Positions 9,819 to 20,584 of a stretch of DNA of 64,000 bases are shown in pieces. Numbering within the stretch: position 1 is the first letter of the stretch; every line of letters begins with the position of its first letter. Position numbers and translations under genes: made by a program. The stretch lies in NCBI GenBank assembly GCA_963849325.1, contig CAWKHF010000008.1, positions 190,609-254,608 of the forward strand. Direction: 5' to 3'. This DNA comes from an uncultured Planctomycetota bacterium. Lineage in GTDB: Bacteria > Planctomycetota > Planctomycetia > Gemmatales > Gemmataceae. The notes beneath the pieces were generated by a model, which had not been told where the DNA came from, ran no database searches, and saw only the letters and a program-made list of their open reading frames with translations.

Positions 9819-9969
9819 GCGGAAGGTCCAGAACCGTTCCAGACGGCGCAACTTCCGAAGATACCGAACACTGCGCCGATTGTCCAGCAAAACCCGCTGG
9901 GGTTAGAGCGCACCCCAGGGGGAACCTTGTACGGCTCCGAGGGGCGGCAAGGATTTGGACCGCTCGCTC

Positions 9970-12525
9970 TTACAATCCCAGACGCGCATGCACGAGCGCC
10001 AGCGCCTCCTCGATCGATTCGATGCCGAGGACGAGCAGATCGCCGGAGCGGAGATCGGCCAGCGCCGCCTCGATGGCGGGCAGTTCGCCGCGCATCTCGG
10101 TGGTCTCGGTAACGCGGCTACCGGCGGCGATGCCGCGGCGCAGCAGGGCCGTCAACTCGCCGTCGGCGCGGTCGCTGTTGCCCTGGTCCCGATAGAGGAG
10201 GACGCGATCGAAGCCGTCGCCGATGATGCGGCCCATCGCCAGCACATCGGCATCGCGGCGATTGCTGGGGGTGAAGACCAGGCAGCGGCGGCGGTGCGGG
10301 AAGGCGGTCAGCGACTCGACCAGGGCCGCCAGCGCCGAGGGGTTGTGAGCGTAATCGACGATGACCGTGGCGTCGCCGGCGCGGAAGACGTTGAAGCGGC
10401 CGGGCACCTGCCGGGCGTCGCCGGGGAACGAGACCAGGCCGCGACGCACGGCGTCGAGCGGCAGCGCCAGCGACCAGACGGCGGCGACGGCGGCCAGAAC
10501 GTTCTCGACCTGGAAGGCGACGCGTCCGCCGTGCGTCAGCGGCACGCGCTCCAGCGCCGCCAGCACTTCCTCGCGCTCTCCCTCGGCCAGCACGATCTCA
10601 TTGCCGCGGACGAAGACGGCGCGTTCGCCGCGAGCGCGGTGGGCAGTCAGGACCGGATGTGCCGGATCGCGGGCGAAGAAGATCACGCGGCCGGGACAAT
10701 GCGCGGCCATGGCGGCGACGAGCGGCTCGGCGGCGTTGAGCACGGCGGCGCCGTCTGGAGCGACGGCCTCAACCACCGTGCGCTTGACTCGCGCCAGGTC
10801 CTCCAGCGTATCGATGCCGCGCAGGTCCAGGTGATCGCCCTGGCCGATGTTGGTGACGACGGCGACGTGACAGCGATCGAAGCCGAGTCCTTCGCGGAGG
10901 ATGCCGCCGCGCGCCGTCTCCACCACGGCGGCGTCCACGCGCGGATTGAGCAGCAGATTGCGGGCGCTGCGGGCCGCTGCAATCGCGCGCGTCGATACGG
11001 CGGTCGCCGACGTACAGGCCATCGGTGCAGGACATGCCGACGAGTCGATCCGGGCGGCGCAGGCAGGTGCGCGATCAGGCGCGTGGTTGTCGTCTTGCCG
11101 TTGACGCCGGTGACGGCGACGAGCGGGATGCGGCCGGTCTGCCCGTCGGGGAAGAGCAGACCGACGATGGCCTCGCCGACCGGCCGCGGCTTTCCGGCGG
11201 ACGGCTCCAGGTGCATCCGCAAGCCCGGCCCGGCGTTGACCTCGACGACGGCGCCGCGCTGCTCCTCCAGCGGCCGGCCGATGTCCACGGCGACGACATC
11301 GACGCCGGCGATGTCCAGGCCGACGGCGCGGGCCGCCTCGACGGCGCGCGCGGCCGTTTCCGGATGAATCCGATCGGTTACGTCGGTTGCGGTGCCGCCG
11401 GTGCTGAGGTTGCCGTTGCGGCGGATGAGCACGCACTGCCCGGCTGGCGGCACCGAATCCGGCGTGTAACCCTGCTCGGCCAGCACCGCCAGGCCGACCG
11501 CGTCGAGCTTGATGAAGCTCAGCACCGTGGCGTGGCCGTCGCTGCGGCGCGGATCGCGGTTGACCTCGGCGACGAGCTGCGTGATGCGTCGAACGGCCGT
11601 CGCCGACGACGTGGGCCGGCTCGCGCAGGGCGGCGGCGATGAGACGGTCGCCGATGACCAGCAGACGATAATCGGCGCCGGGAATGAACGTCTCGACGAG
11701 GATGCTGGAGCCTTCCTCGCGGGCGGCGTCGTAGGCGCGGACGACCTGCTCGCGCGTGCCCAGGTTGGTGGCGACGCCGCGGCCGTGATTGCCGTACTGC
11801 GGCTTGACGACGACCGGCAGGCCGAGTTCCTCGGCGGCGCTCCAGGCGTCGTCGGCGTCGGCGACGGGCCGGCCCTCCGGCACCGGCACGCCGACCGCGC
11901 GCAGCAGAGTGCGCGTCAACTGCTTGTCCTGGGCGATCATCTCGGCGATGGCACTGGTGCGATCGGTTTCGGCGGTGCAGATGCGGCGCTGCAACGAGCC
12001 GTGGCCGAGCTGGACGAGACTGCCGCTGTTGAGGCGGCGCACCGGGATGCCGCGATCAAGAGCGGCGCGGACGATGGCCGCGGTGCTCGGGCCGAGGCGC
12101 ACGTCGTTGGCCAGCTCGCGCAGCCGAACCAGTTCGGCGGCGAGGTCGAAGGGATGATCGGCCAGGGCGGCCAGGAGGAATTGCCGCGCCGTCTCCAGGC
12201 AGGCGCGGCCCAGCTCCTCCTCCTCATACTCGATGACGACGCGGAAGAAGCCGTCGCGGCCGGTGGGACGAACCAGACCAACCTGGACCGGACTGCCGGC
12301 GAGGCGCTGCAATTCCAGGGTCACGTCGCGGAGAAGGGCGGGCAGGTCGGGTCCGATTGATCGGCCGGCCAGGGACGGCAATTCGGCGCGCAAGCGGGCG
12401 GCGCAGGCGGCGAGCCGCTCGTCGTGTACGGCGGCGAACTCGCCGGCTTCCAGTTCCACCTCCAGCACCGGGCAGCGCGCCGAGATGTTGGCGCCACGCA
12501 AGATCCAGATACGCTGAAATTGCAT
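9970..12525 (-). CDS. cphA: Cyanophycin synthetase (compensating frameshifts at about 11.0-11.6 kb)
   Basis: LGPSTAAIV..LVQLGHG..QRRI, ATP-grasp VVKPQYGNHGRGV, NLSTGGTA, EVNAGPGLRMHL, TGVNGKTTT, ETARGGILREGLGFD, PGRFN and DYAHNP motifs. Confidence 0.92.
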   Translation of the reverse strand: MQFQRIWILRGANISARCPVLEVELEAGEFAAVHDERLAACAARLRAELPSLAGRSIGPDLPALLRDVTLELQRLAGSPVQVGLVRPTGRDGFFRVVIEYEEEELGRACLETARQFLLAALADHPFDLAAELVRLRELANDVRLGPSTAAIVRAALDRGIPVRRLNSGSLVQLGHGSLQRRICTAETDRTSAIAEMIAQDKQLTRTLLRAVGVPVPEGRPVADADDAWSAAEELGLPVVVKPQYGNHGRGVATNLGTREQVVRAYDAAREEGSSILVETFIPGADYRLLVIGDRLIAAALREPAHVVGDGRSTHHAARRRGQPRSAPQRRPRHGAELHQARRGRPGGAGRAGLHAGFGAASRAVRAHPPQRQPQHRRHRNRRNRSDSSGNGRARRRGGPRRRPGHRRRRCRRRGHRPAAGGAARRRRRGQRRAGLADAPGAVRRKAAAGRRGHRRSALPRRADRPHPARRRHRRQRQDDNHAPDRAPACAARIDSSACPAPMACTSATAVSTRAIAAARSARNLLLNPRVDAAVVETARGGILREGLGFDRCHVAVVTNIGQGDHLDLRGIDTLEDLARVKRTVVEAVAPDGAAVLNAAEPLVAAMAAHCPGRVIFFARDPAHPVLTAHRARGERAVFVRGNEIVLAEGEREEVLAALERVPLTHGGRVAFQVENVLAAVAAVWSLALPLDAVRRGLVSFPGDARQVPGRFNVFRAGDATVIVDYAHNPSALAALVESLTAFPHRRRCLVFTPSNRRDADVLAMGRIIGDGFDRVLLYRDQGNSDRADGELTALLRRGIAAGSRVTETTEMRGELPAIEAALADLRSGDLLVLGIESIEEALALVHARLGL

Positions 12526-12539
12526 GTCGATCAAATCCT

Positions 12540-12593
12540 TCCGAGCCTGAAGCGTAAGCGAAGAGCACTCTTCGCTTACGCTTCAGGCTCGGA
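12540..12593. repeat. REP-like palindrome family A, copy 1
   Basis: TCCGAGCCTGAAGCGTAAGCGAAG-loop-CTTCGCTTACGCTTCAGGCTCGGA. Five copies in the window. Confidence 0.95.
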
Positions 12594-12657
12594 CGAAAAC
12601 GTCCTGGCCCCGCCTCACCGAGCTATGTTAAACAGCGGCCCGGAAGACGGAAAGAGG

Positions 12658-12710
12658 CGAGCCGCGAGCGTCAGCGAGCGGGTCAACCCGCCCGTGACGC
12701 TCGCGGCTCG
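12658..12710. repeat. REP-like palindrome (GAGCCGCGAGCGTCAGCGAGCGG type)
   Basis: Inverted arms CGAGCCGCGAGCGTCA / TGACGCTCGCGGCTCG. Confidence 0.85.
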
Positions 12711-12735
12711 GAGGTACTTCCCGGTCAGCGGAACA

Positions 12736-14486
12736 TCAACGGAAGTTGACGCCGATGCGCTCCATCGTGGCGGACGGCTTGATCGTCACGGAGCCGTTGG
12801 ACAGGTTCAGCTCGATGCGATCGGCGGTCACGTCGGCGCACTGGCCGTCCTTGCAATAGTGCAGCACGGCATTGCCTTCGAGGATGAGGCGGTCCTTGCG
12901 GTCGGTGCGGACGCAATCGGCCTTGGCCTTCAGCTGCGACATGCGGACGCATACCCGGTCGTCGCTGCGGGTCAGTGACAACTCGTTGTCACCCAATTTG
13001 ACGATCATCTTCTTGCAGCTCATGCAGGCGTCGTCGCCGACGCTCATTTCAAGCTGCTGGCTGTCGGCGTTGACCACGACACGGACCTTCGTGTCGGCCG
13101 ACGACTTCGCCGCGGTCGTGCTGGTACACGTCAGCACCGGCGTGATTCCATACGTCGGCGTCTCCGTCGGCGGCGGCAGGACCGCGACTTCCCGCGCCGC
13201 AGGGGCGGGCGTCCCCGGATAGCACGGAGCATACTGTGGCGGATGCTGGACATACATATTGTCCGCGGGCGTCGGCTCCGATGGGCCGGGATCGCCGCAC
13301 AGGTCGGCCAGCAGGCCCAGGGCCGACACGCACATCGACGGCAGGGTGGGCGGCTGCACGTGCGAGCTGCAAATGTCCGCGACCATACCCAGCAGCGACA
13401 GGCAGGTATCGATATTCAGGTCCGCATTCGATGCGGCGGGCGCCGGGCACGGCGCAGGGGCAGCACGACCCCGGAGGCAGGGTCATCGGACCACCGTAGC
13501 ACGTCGGCGGCGGCACCGGCAGGGCGACGGTCTGCGGCGGCATCGGCGGCGTCACGCCGGGCGGCACCGGCGGAGGCGGCAACGGGTGCGGCATCATGCC
13601 GTACTCGGGACTCCAGCCGGCGCAAGGCGGCAGCATCGCCGGATTGAAGTGGTATCCGCACGGCAACGGCATCGCCATCGGCCCCATCAGATGCGGCACG
13701 ACCACGATGACCGGCGTGGCAAACGTGGGCTTCTTCCCCTGCTTGCCCTTGTCTCCGCAGCAGCAACCGCAGTCGGCGCCGCACGCTCCCTTGCAGCACT
13801 TTTCCTTGTTTTCCTTGTTGGTCTCGGACTCGCCCTTGCGACGCTCGAATTGGGCCATGGTGATGGCGGCGACGGCCATCGCGTTATCGGGGTCCAACTC
13901 CTTGATACACCGGGCGACGGCTTCGGCCTCGGCGTACTTGCTGCCTTTGAACAGCTCGTTGTACAGTTTCATCAGCTTCGCCACGCTCTTGTTCTTGCAG
14001 CAATCACCGCATTTACAATCCTCCTTGCATTTACAATCATCCTTGCATTTGCAGGCAGTCTTGGTGTTGCAGCACTTCTTGTCCTTGCAGCAGTCCCGCC
14101 GCCGCATCCGTTATCGCAGCAGGCATCCTTCAACTTGCAGCTGGAGCCACAGCAGGTTCCGGTCAACTTGCAACCGGCCACCGGAAAGCCAAAGTCATAG
14201 GTCACGCTCTTCGCAGCGTCATAGTTACGGTCGGTCATGCCAGAGGCGCGGGTCTTGTCGTCCTTGGCGCTGCAGCATTTTTCCTTGCGCAGCAGCCCGA
14301 GCAGGACTCGCCGCCCACGCAGGTGACGGTTGCTTTGTCTTCGCCAACGTAAAAAACGTCGTTGCGATTCACATTCAGGATGTTGCCGCTCGTTTGCTCC
14401 GGGGCCGCACATTGGGAGCGGGCGGTGCCGCTCATCAGGGCCATAGTCGCCGCGAGGATCGCGGTCTGCCAACATTTCACCAACAT
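12736..14486 (-). CDS. Secreted Cys-rich/Pro-rich hypothetical protein (several frameshifts)
   Basis: Signal-like MLVKCWQTAILAATMAL.. after GGAGG, then CC/CxC-dense tracts, a helical hairpin, a Pro-rich linker and a beta-rich C-terminus. Pieced together from four overlapping ORFs. Confidence 0.6.
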
Positions 14487-14560
14487 AGGTCGAGCCTCCT
14501 TGCCGAGGGGATAAGTACACCTCGTTCGGGGCGGGACCATAGCAAAGGCGGTCGGTGCTG

Positions 14561-16182
14561 TCAGCACCAGTCCGGGACATCCAGGAATTGCGTGCAGAAG
14601 GGACGTAGGATATTTGCGGGGAACAGGCAAAAGGCGTAATCGCGTCGCTGCAAGACGGCGTTGGCGCGCAACTGCCGCGTGCATCGTGCCAGCTCGCGGC
14701 GCAGTTGTTCCTCGCGCGGATGCAGAAAGCGGCGCAGTTCGTCGGTGAGTTCCCGCAACACTCGGCAGCGTTCGCGGCGTTCGGCGGCGGTCGCCGGCTC
14801 GCGCGCGATCCACGCTTGCTTGCGCGCGGCTAACTCGGCGGCGTCGCCGTCGCTCGCGGCCTCCTCGAGATGACGCTGCGGATTGTAATGCACGTCGCGC
14901 ACGGCACGGGCCAGGCGGCGACGGTCTTCCGCCGTCACCGCGGCGCGCGGCAGCGGCAGCCAGCGCGTCGCCGACAGCACGAGGTAGATAGGCGGCTCGC
15001 AGTCGTAGAAGACGGCGGATCAGCTCATCGGTCAGTTCGTCGTATTTGCCGCCGCCGATGCCGTGCATGAACAGGTCGGCCAGGAACAGCCGGGCGTACA
15101 GCGTCGTCGTCAGCGCCCGGCTGCGGACCTTGAAGCCCTGCGATTCCAGCCCTTGCCACGTCTGGACCGCCGCTTGTGGCTCGACGCGGCAACGACGGCC
15201 AGCGGTCTTCGCCGGCACGCAGTTCCAAATGATCTCCGCCGATGCGGGCGAACAGCCGCTCTCGACGGCGAGCCGCCGGCACGCCAGGCCCAGAACGGCG
15301 CCTCCAGCCAGTCGCCCTCGGCGGCGAGGTCGGGCACCGGATGATTGCGGCTGCGGATGCCGTGGCGACGGCGATAGTCCTGGACAACCGCGTTGTACAG
15401 CGTGTGAAAACGCGGCAATTCGCGCCAGCAGATGACAGGCGAACCAGGCGAACGGCTCGGTGCGGCAGAGCGGCTGAGCGGCACTTCCAGGTTGTGACAG
15501 CCCCAGCGCGCGCTCGAACGTCCGCCGCGCCGCCGCGAAGCACTCGCCCAGGAGCGGCGTCCGTTCCGCCTGCCGCAGCACCTCGGCCCAGAACGCCGGC
15601 AGCATCGGCTCGTAGGACCAGCCGCCGCAGCAATTCGCCGGCCCGCTCGGCGAAGCTGGCGAACAGCTGTCTCGATCCGCGATCGTCCGCTCCTCGTAAG
15701 GGACCTCGCCGCTCCAGCGGTCGAACGGCACGCTCCGCAAGTGCGGCCGGTCCTCCGGCTGCGCCGCAGGCGCGGGGAGGCGAAGAGCCGTCGTCTTGAC
15801 CGTGTCGTTATCGACGACGAGGTTGAGCGGCGTTGCGCCGTGCGCGCGGGCCAGGCCGTACAGGGCGAAGTTCTTGACCCAGACGCCGGGATGGAACAAC
15901 TCCGGCTGATGCCCCGCGACCAGTAGCGTCGTGCTGGTCGAATCGCGGATGTCGGCGGGTCGGCATTCTCGCCGAGATATTCGAGCGGCGGCAGCGACGG
16001 CGTTCTGGCGAGCCTGGCGGCGCAGGTCGGTCCAGGGCCGGCCGAGCAAGGTACGGTCCGTCCGCGTGGGCATGCAGGCGCTGGCGGTTGATCGCCAGCG
16101 CGGTGCCGGCCTCGTGCAAGGGCGGTTCGGCGACGACGGCTCCGTCGTCGTCCGGGGCACGCGGGACGGTCCGCTCGCTCAC
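14561..16182 (-). CDS. Uncharacterised protein with GHQPELFHPGVWVKN and HGIGGGKYD motifs (frameshifted)
   Basis: Protein-like segments run across frames from a GTG at 16182, overlapping the GT2 stop, to TGA at 14561. Confidence 0.7.
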
Positions 16183-16950
16183 GGACAGGTCCTCTTGAAT
16201 GCCGAGTGCAGAAAGCAGAAGGACAGATCTTCTCCGGCATGGCGCATTCGGCCTTCGACAGCGGTTCCGCCTCGGCGGCGGCGATGACCTGGCGATAGTA
16301 CGCCAGGCGCTCGGCCGCGTCGTCGAGCACGCCGCCGAAGGCGCGGTTGGGGTCGAGGTACAGCCGCGGCACGCCGACTTCCTTGATGCGCAGGCCCAGG
16401 CGGGCGGCCTGCACCCACAACTGCAACGGCATGCCCCAGCCGGTTTCCGTGATGTGCAGGCGTTCCAGCGCCTCGCGGCGGTACGCCTTGAAGCCGCAGA
16501 AGGCGTCGGTCAGGTGCAGGCCGAAGCGTCGATTCAACTCGGCCGTGATCTCGCTGTTGATGCGGCGGCGGTCCTGCGGCGCCAGCGTGTCCTGGCGGAA
16601 GTCGCGCAGGTAACGGCTGCCGGAGACGATGTCGGCGTCGTGGATCGCTTCCAGCAGCACCGGGATGCGCGACGGCTCGTGCTGGCCGTCGCAGTCCATG
16701 GTCACCAGCACGTCGATCGCCTCGCCGGCGGGCGTAGGCGAAGGCCGAGATCAGGGCCGCGCCGTAGCCGCGGTTGGCCGGGTGCGTGATGACCTCCAGG
16801 TCCGTCCTGCCGGGCCAGGATGTCGGCCGTGCCGTCGGTCGAGCCGTCGTTGACGACGAGGATGTGCGGGCTGTAACGCCGCACCTCGCGCAGGACGCTC
16901 TCGACGTGACGCGCTTCGTTGTAGACGGGGATGGCGGTGAGGACCTTCAT
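16179..16950 (-). CDS. Glycosyltransferase family 2 (DPM1-like), frameshifted
   Basis: IPVYNE, VVNDGSTDGT, TMDCDGQH, IVSGSR and TDAFCGFKAY motifs. Confidence 0.9.
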
Positions 16951-17240
16951 GCCATGCGATTCCTTGTTCGGGGCGACGAGGGGCATCCCTTGTTCTTCAT
17001 TCTAAGGAGGCCGTGCGCGCGAAGTCAAAAAGCTCGCATACCTCTCCGGGAGCCGCGCAGGCAATCCCGGTTTGACAGGACGAACGGTGCGAAAGGCGGG
17101 CCGCGGCTGTCAAAATGGCGGCACGAATCGCCTCCTCCGTGCTCTTGCGTCAAACCTCAGCCGAGAGGGTTTTTCCCAAGTTCTTGCCGCATAATGGCTT
17201 GATAATGGGGCCGTCCCAGCGTCTCCAGTTGGAAAATTCG

Positions 17241-17256
17241 TGGCACGTTCCTTGCT
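17241..17256 (+). promoter_or_regulatory. Sigma54 (-24/-12) promoter
   Basis: TGGCACG-TTCC-TTGCT matches the RpoN consensus, about 135 nt upstream of the Hsp20 pair. Confidence 0.8.
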
Positions 17257-17389
17257 TTCTATCTGGAGGCGGCACACGTCAAGGCCGCCTTGGACAGAGA
17301 CGCTTAACACACGCAACATCTTCATCCCGAGGGCGGTCGCGGATTGCCGCGTCCGAATTGTGGACATCGAGAAACGAAGGAGTTGGAAC

Positions 17390-17836
17390 ATGAGATCATC
17401 GCGTTGGCAGTCGTTCAACCCGGTTTGGAATCAGTTGCAGCAGTTCCAGGAGGAGATGAACCGTCTGTTCCATCGCTGGAACGTCGGCGACTCGTTCGCC
17501 GGGCCGGCCACTTTCCCGCCGCTGAACGTGTGGGAGGACGGCGAGGAGGTCCACGTCGAGGCCGAGCTGCCGGGCCTGGACCTCAAGGACCTGGAGATTT
17601 ACGTCAGCGGCGGCAATCAGCTGACCGTCAAGGGCGAGCGCAAGCCGTTGGTGCCGGGCAAGGGCGTATGGCATCGGCAAGAGCGGGCCTTCGGCGCCTT
17701 CACGCGCACGTTGACGCTGCCGTTCCCGGTGGACGCCGACAAGGTCGATGCCCGTCTGGAGAACGGCGTACTGCACGTCCAGCTGACCAAGCACGAGTCG
17801 GCCCGGCCGCGCAAGATCCCAGTCAAGGCGGAGTAA
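17390..17836 (+). CDS. Hsp20/alpha-crystallin small heat shock protein
   Basis: FPPLNVWED..AELPG..ERAFGAFTRTLTLP..A.LENGVL motifs. Confidence 0.95.
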   Translation: MRSSRWQSFNPVWNQLQQFQEEMNRLFHRWNVGDSFAGPATFPPLNVWEDGEEVHVEAELPGLDLKDLEIYVSGGNQLTVKGERKPLVPGKGVWHRQERAFGAFTRTLTLPFPVDADKVDARLENGVLHVQLTKHESARPRKIPVKAE

Positions 17837-17877
17837 GTTGATCCGTAAAGAGGAAACAAGAGAAGGAGAAACCGATC

Positions 17878-18276
17878 ATGGCGAACATCACGAATACCCC
17901 GACGAAAGACCGAGCGGAGGCGGCGCTGCCCGAGGTGACGCGCGGCGGCGTCCACTTCACGCCGCGGGTGGACATCTTCGAGAGCGATGCCGAGCTGACG
18001 CTATACGCCGAGGTGCCCGGCGTGCGATCCGAGGACGTCGATCTGCACTACGAGCAGGGCGAGTTGGTGCTGCACGCGCGGGTGCAACCGCGTCGCGGCC
18101 AGCAGCCGGTGCTGTTGCAGGAGTACGAGGAAGGCGACTTCTATCGCGCCTTCGCCATCCACGAATCGATCGACGCCGGCCGGATCAGCGCCGAGTGCAA
18201 GAATGGCGTGCTGACGGTACATCTGCCCAAGGTCGAGTCGGTTCGGCCGCGACAGATCACCGTGCGCGGCGAGTGA
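17878..18276 (+). CDS. Hsp20/alpha-crystallin small heat shock protein
   Basis: TPRVDIFE..AEVPGV..FYRAF..A.CKNGVLTVHLPK motifs. Confidence 0.95.
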   Translation: MANITNTPTKDRAEAALPEVTRGGVHFTPRVDIFESDAELTLYAEVPGVRSEDVDLHYEQGELVLHARVQPRRGQQPVLLQEYEEGDFYRAFAIHESIDAGRISAECKNGVLTVHLPKVESVRPRQITVRGE

Positions 18277-18277
18277 T

Positions 18278-18414
18278 CGTGTTTAAAAAAATGAACCACG
18301 GATAACACGGATAAAAGACAAAAATAGAGAAAGAGACCGGAAGGGAACGTTCCTCGGTATCATTTTTCTTTTTGTGTTTATCCGTGTTATCCGTGGTTCA
18401 TTTTTTTAAACACG
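18278..18414. repeat. AT-rich 38-bp perfect inverted repeat (CCACGGATAACACGGAT core), probable bidirectional terminator
   Basis: Arms 18278-18315 and 18377-18414 are exact reverse complements, lying between convergent genes. Confidence 0.9.
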
Positions 18415-20536
18415 GCAGTTCTGTCGTGGCCGCGTGGGCGCGGTTGCGAACAAGGAGGTCAGCGTCTCGGGGTCGGCGGGCTTGACGAGATGATGGTCGA
18501 AGCCGGCCTCGCGCGAGCGGCGCAGGTCCTCAGCCTGTCCGTAGCCCGTCAGGGCCACCAGCAGCGGCTGGGATCCCGGCCGTGCCCGCAGTCGTCGCGC
18601 CACCTCATAGCCGTCCATGCCCGGCAGGCCGATGTCCAGCAGCACCACCTCCGGCTCGAACGCCTCGGACTCGACCAGGGCGGCCGGCCCATCATGACAG
18701 GTCCGTACCTCATGTCCGACTAGCTCCAGCACCATCGCCAGGCTCCGCGCCCCGTCGGCGTTGTCGTCCACGATGAGCACTCGACTGCGCTGAGGCTGGG
18801 CCGCCGGCTTGGCGGAGCCGTTGACCGGCGGAGGCAGCCCCTCGGACAGGACCGGCAGATACACCACGAACTCGCTGCCTCGGTTCGGTCCTTCGCTGAA
18901 CGCTTCCACTCGTCCGCCGTGCAGCTCGATCAGCTTGTGTACCAGTGTCAAGCCAATGCCCAGCCCTCCCTGGGCGCGGTCCAGCGAGCGATCGACCTGC
19001 GTGAACAGCTCGAAGATCGACGACAGCATGTCGGAAGGGATGCCAACGCCGTTGTCCTGGATGCGCAGGACCACCTCGCCGTCGTGCGCGCTGCGCCGCC
19101 AGGGCGATGCGGCCGCCCTCCTCGGTGTACTTGGCGGCGTTGTTGAGCAGGTTGGCCAGCACCTGGGCCAACCGCACCGGGTCGCCGCGCACCAGGAGCG
19201 GCTCGGACGGCAGCAGCACCGTCAGCTCGTGCTTGCGCGCGTCCAAGAGCGGCCGGCTCGTCTCGACGGCGCGGGCGATGACGCCGGCCAGGTCCACGCA
19301 CTCCTCCTGCAAACGAATCTTGCCGCGCGTGATCCGCGACAGGTCGAGCAGGTCGTCCACGAGCCGCACCAGCTGCTGCACTTGCCGGTCGATCATGTCC
19401 TGGACGGCGCGGACTTCCGGCTCGTCGCCGCCGCGCAGGCGGAGGACCTGAACGGCGTTGCGGATGGGGGCCAGGGGGTTGCGCAGCTCGTGGGCCAGCA
19501 TCGACAGAAACTCGTTCTTGTGGCGGTCGGCCTCCTGGACGTTGTGGTACAGCCGAGCGTTGTCCAGGGCGATGGCGGCGCGTCCGGCCAGGTCTTCGGC
19601 CAGGGCCAGGTCGGCCGGACCAAAGCGACGGCCGGAGCTGCCCTGTCCCAGAGTCAGGGCGCCGAGGGTGCGGCCGCGAGCCTGGAGCGGCAGCAGGACG
19701 GCGGAGTGAAGCCTTTCGCCCTCGCCCGCCGGCTCGTCGCTGCGCAGGCCGTCGGCGGGTACGGCACGGCCAGATCGTTCAGGGTCTCGGCCTTGCCGGA
19801 GGCGAGAACGCGCTCCAGCGCCGCCCGCACCTCGTCGGCGGGGCCTTCGGAGCCGGCCAGCGAACCGAAGCAGATCGATTGCGCCGCCGAGGAGAACCAG
19901 GCCAGTTCGCTTCGCCACGTCGGACTCGTCTCGCCCAGCAGTGTGACGCCGGCCACGTCGGCCAGGTACGGCACCACCAACCGCAGCAGGCCGCGCAGCG
20001 TCGCCTCGTAGTCGAGCGAGCTGGACAGCACCGTGCTGGCCTCGGCCAGGAAAGCCAGGCGCCGCGTGGCCTCCTCGGCGGCGGCGCGGGCGGCCTGCTC
20101 GCGCGCCAGGGCCACGCGCTCGTCGGCCTGCTGCCGCGACCTGCTGCGTCATGCGATACAGATCGACGAATACCTTGACCTTGGTGCGCAGGATCTCCGG
20201 CACGACCGGCGACAGGATGTAATCGACCGCTCCCAGCGAGTAGCCCTGGGCGGTGTGCATTTCGTCGGCGAAGGCGGTGACGAAGATGATCGGCGTGTGC
20301 GCCGACTTGCGGCGCTGGCGGATCAGCGCCGCCGTCTCGAAGCCGTCCATGCCCGGCATGTTGACGTCGAGCAGGATGACGGCGAAGTCGTGCTCGAGCA
20401 CGCGGCGCAGCGCCTCCTGCCCGGAGCTGGCCGTGACGACGTTCTCGTCCAACTCCTCCAGGATCGACTCCAGGACGAGGAGCTTTTCCGGCAGATCGTC
20501 CACGATCAGGATGTTGATCTTGTCGGCGTCGCCCAT
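18406..20536 (-). CDS. Hybrid sensor kinase REC-GAF-HisKA-HATPase-REC (frameshifted)
   Basis: ILIVDD..LLDVNMPGMDG, LAHELRNPL, NLLNNAAKYT, GGLGIGL and a terminal LLDIGLPGMDG. Confidence 0.92.
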
Positions 20537-20584
20537 GACCCTCCAGCTTAGCACCAGGCCTCCCGAGGTTACACCCCCAAAGAA

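Noticed and set aside
9820-9970. Integron integrase upstream of the attI-like site
   Set aside because: Only about 150 bp before the cphA stop, with no tyrosine-recombinase motif.
11040-11590. Arg/Gly-rich insert within the 854-aa cphA ORF
   Set aside because: Artefact of compensating frameshifts; the true sequence is in ORF 10683..11525.
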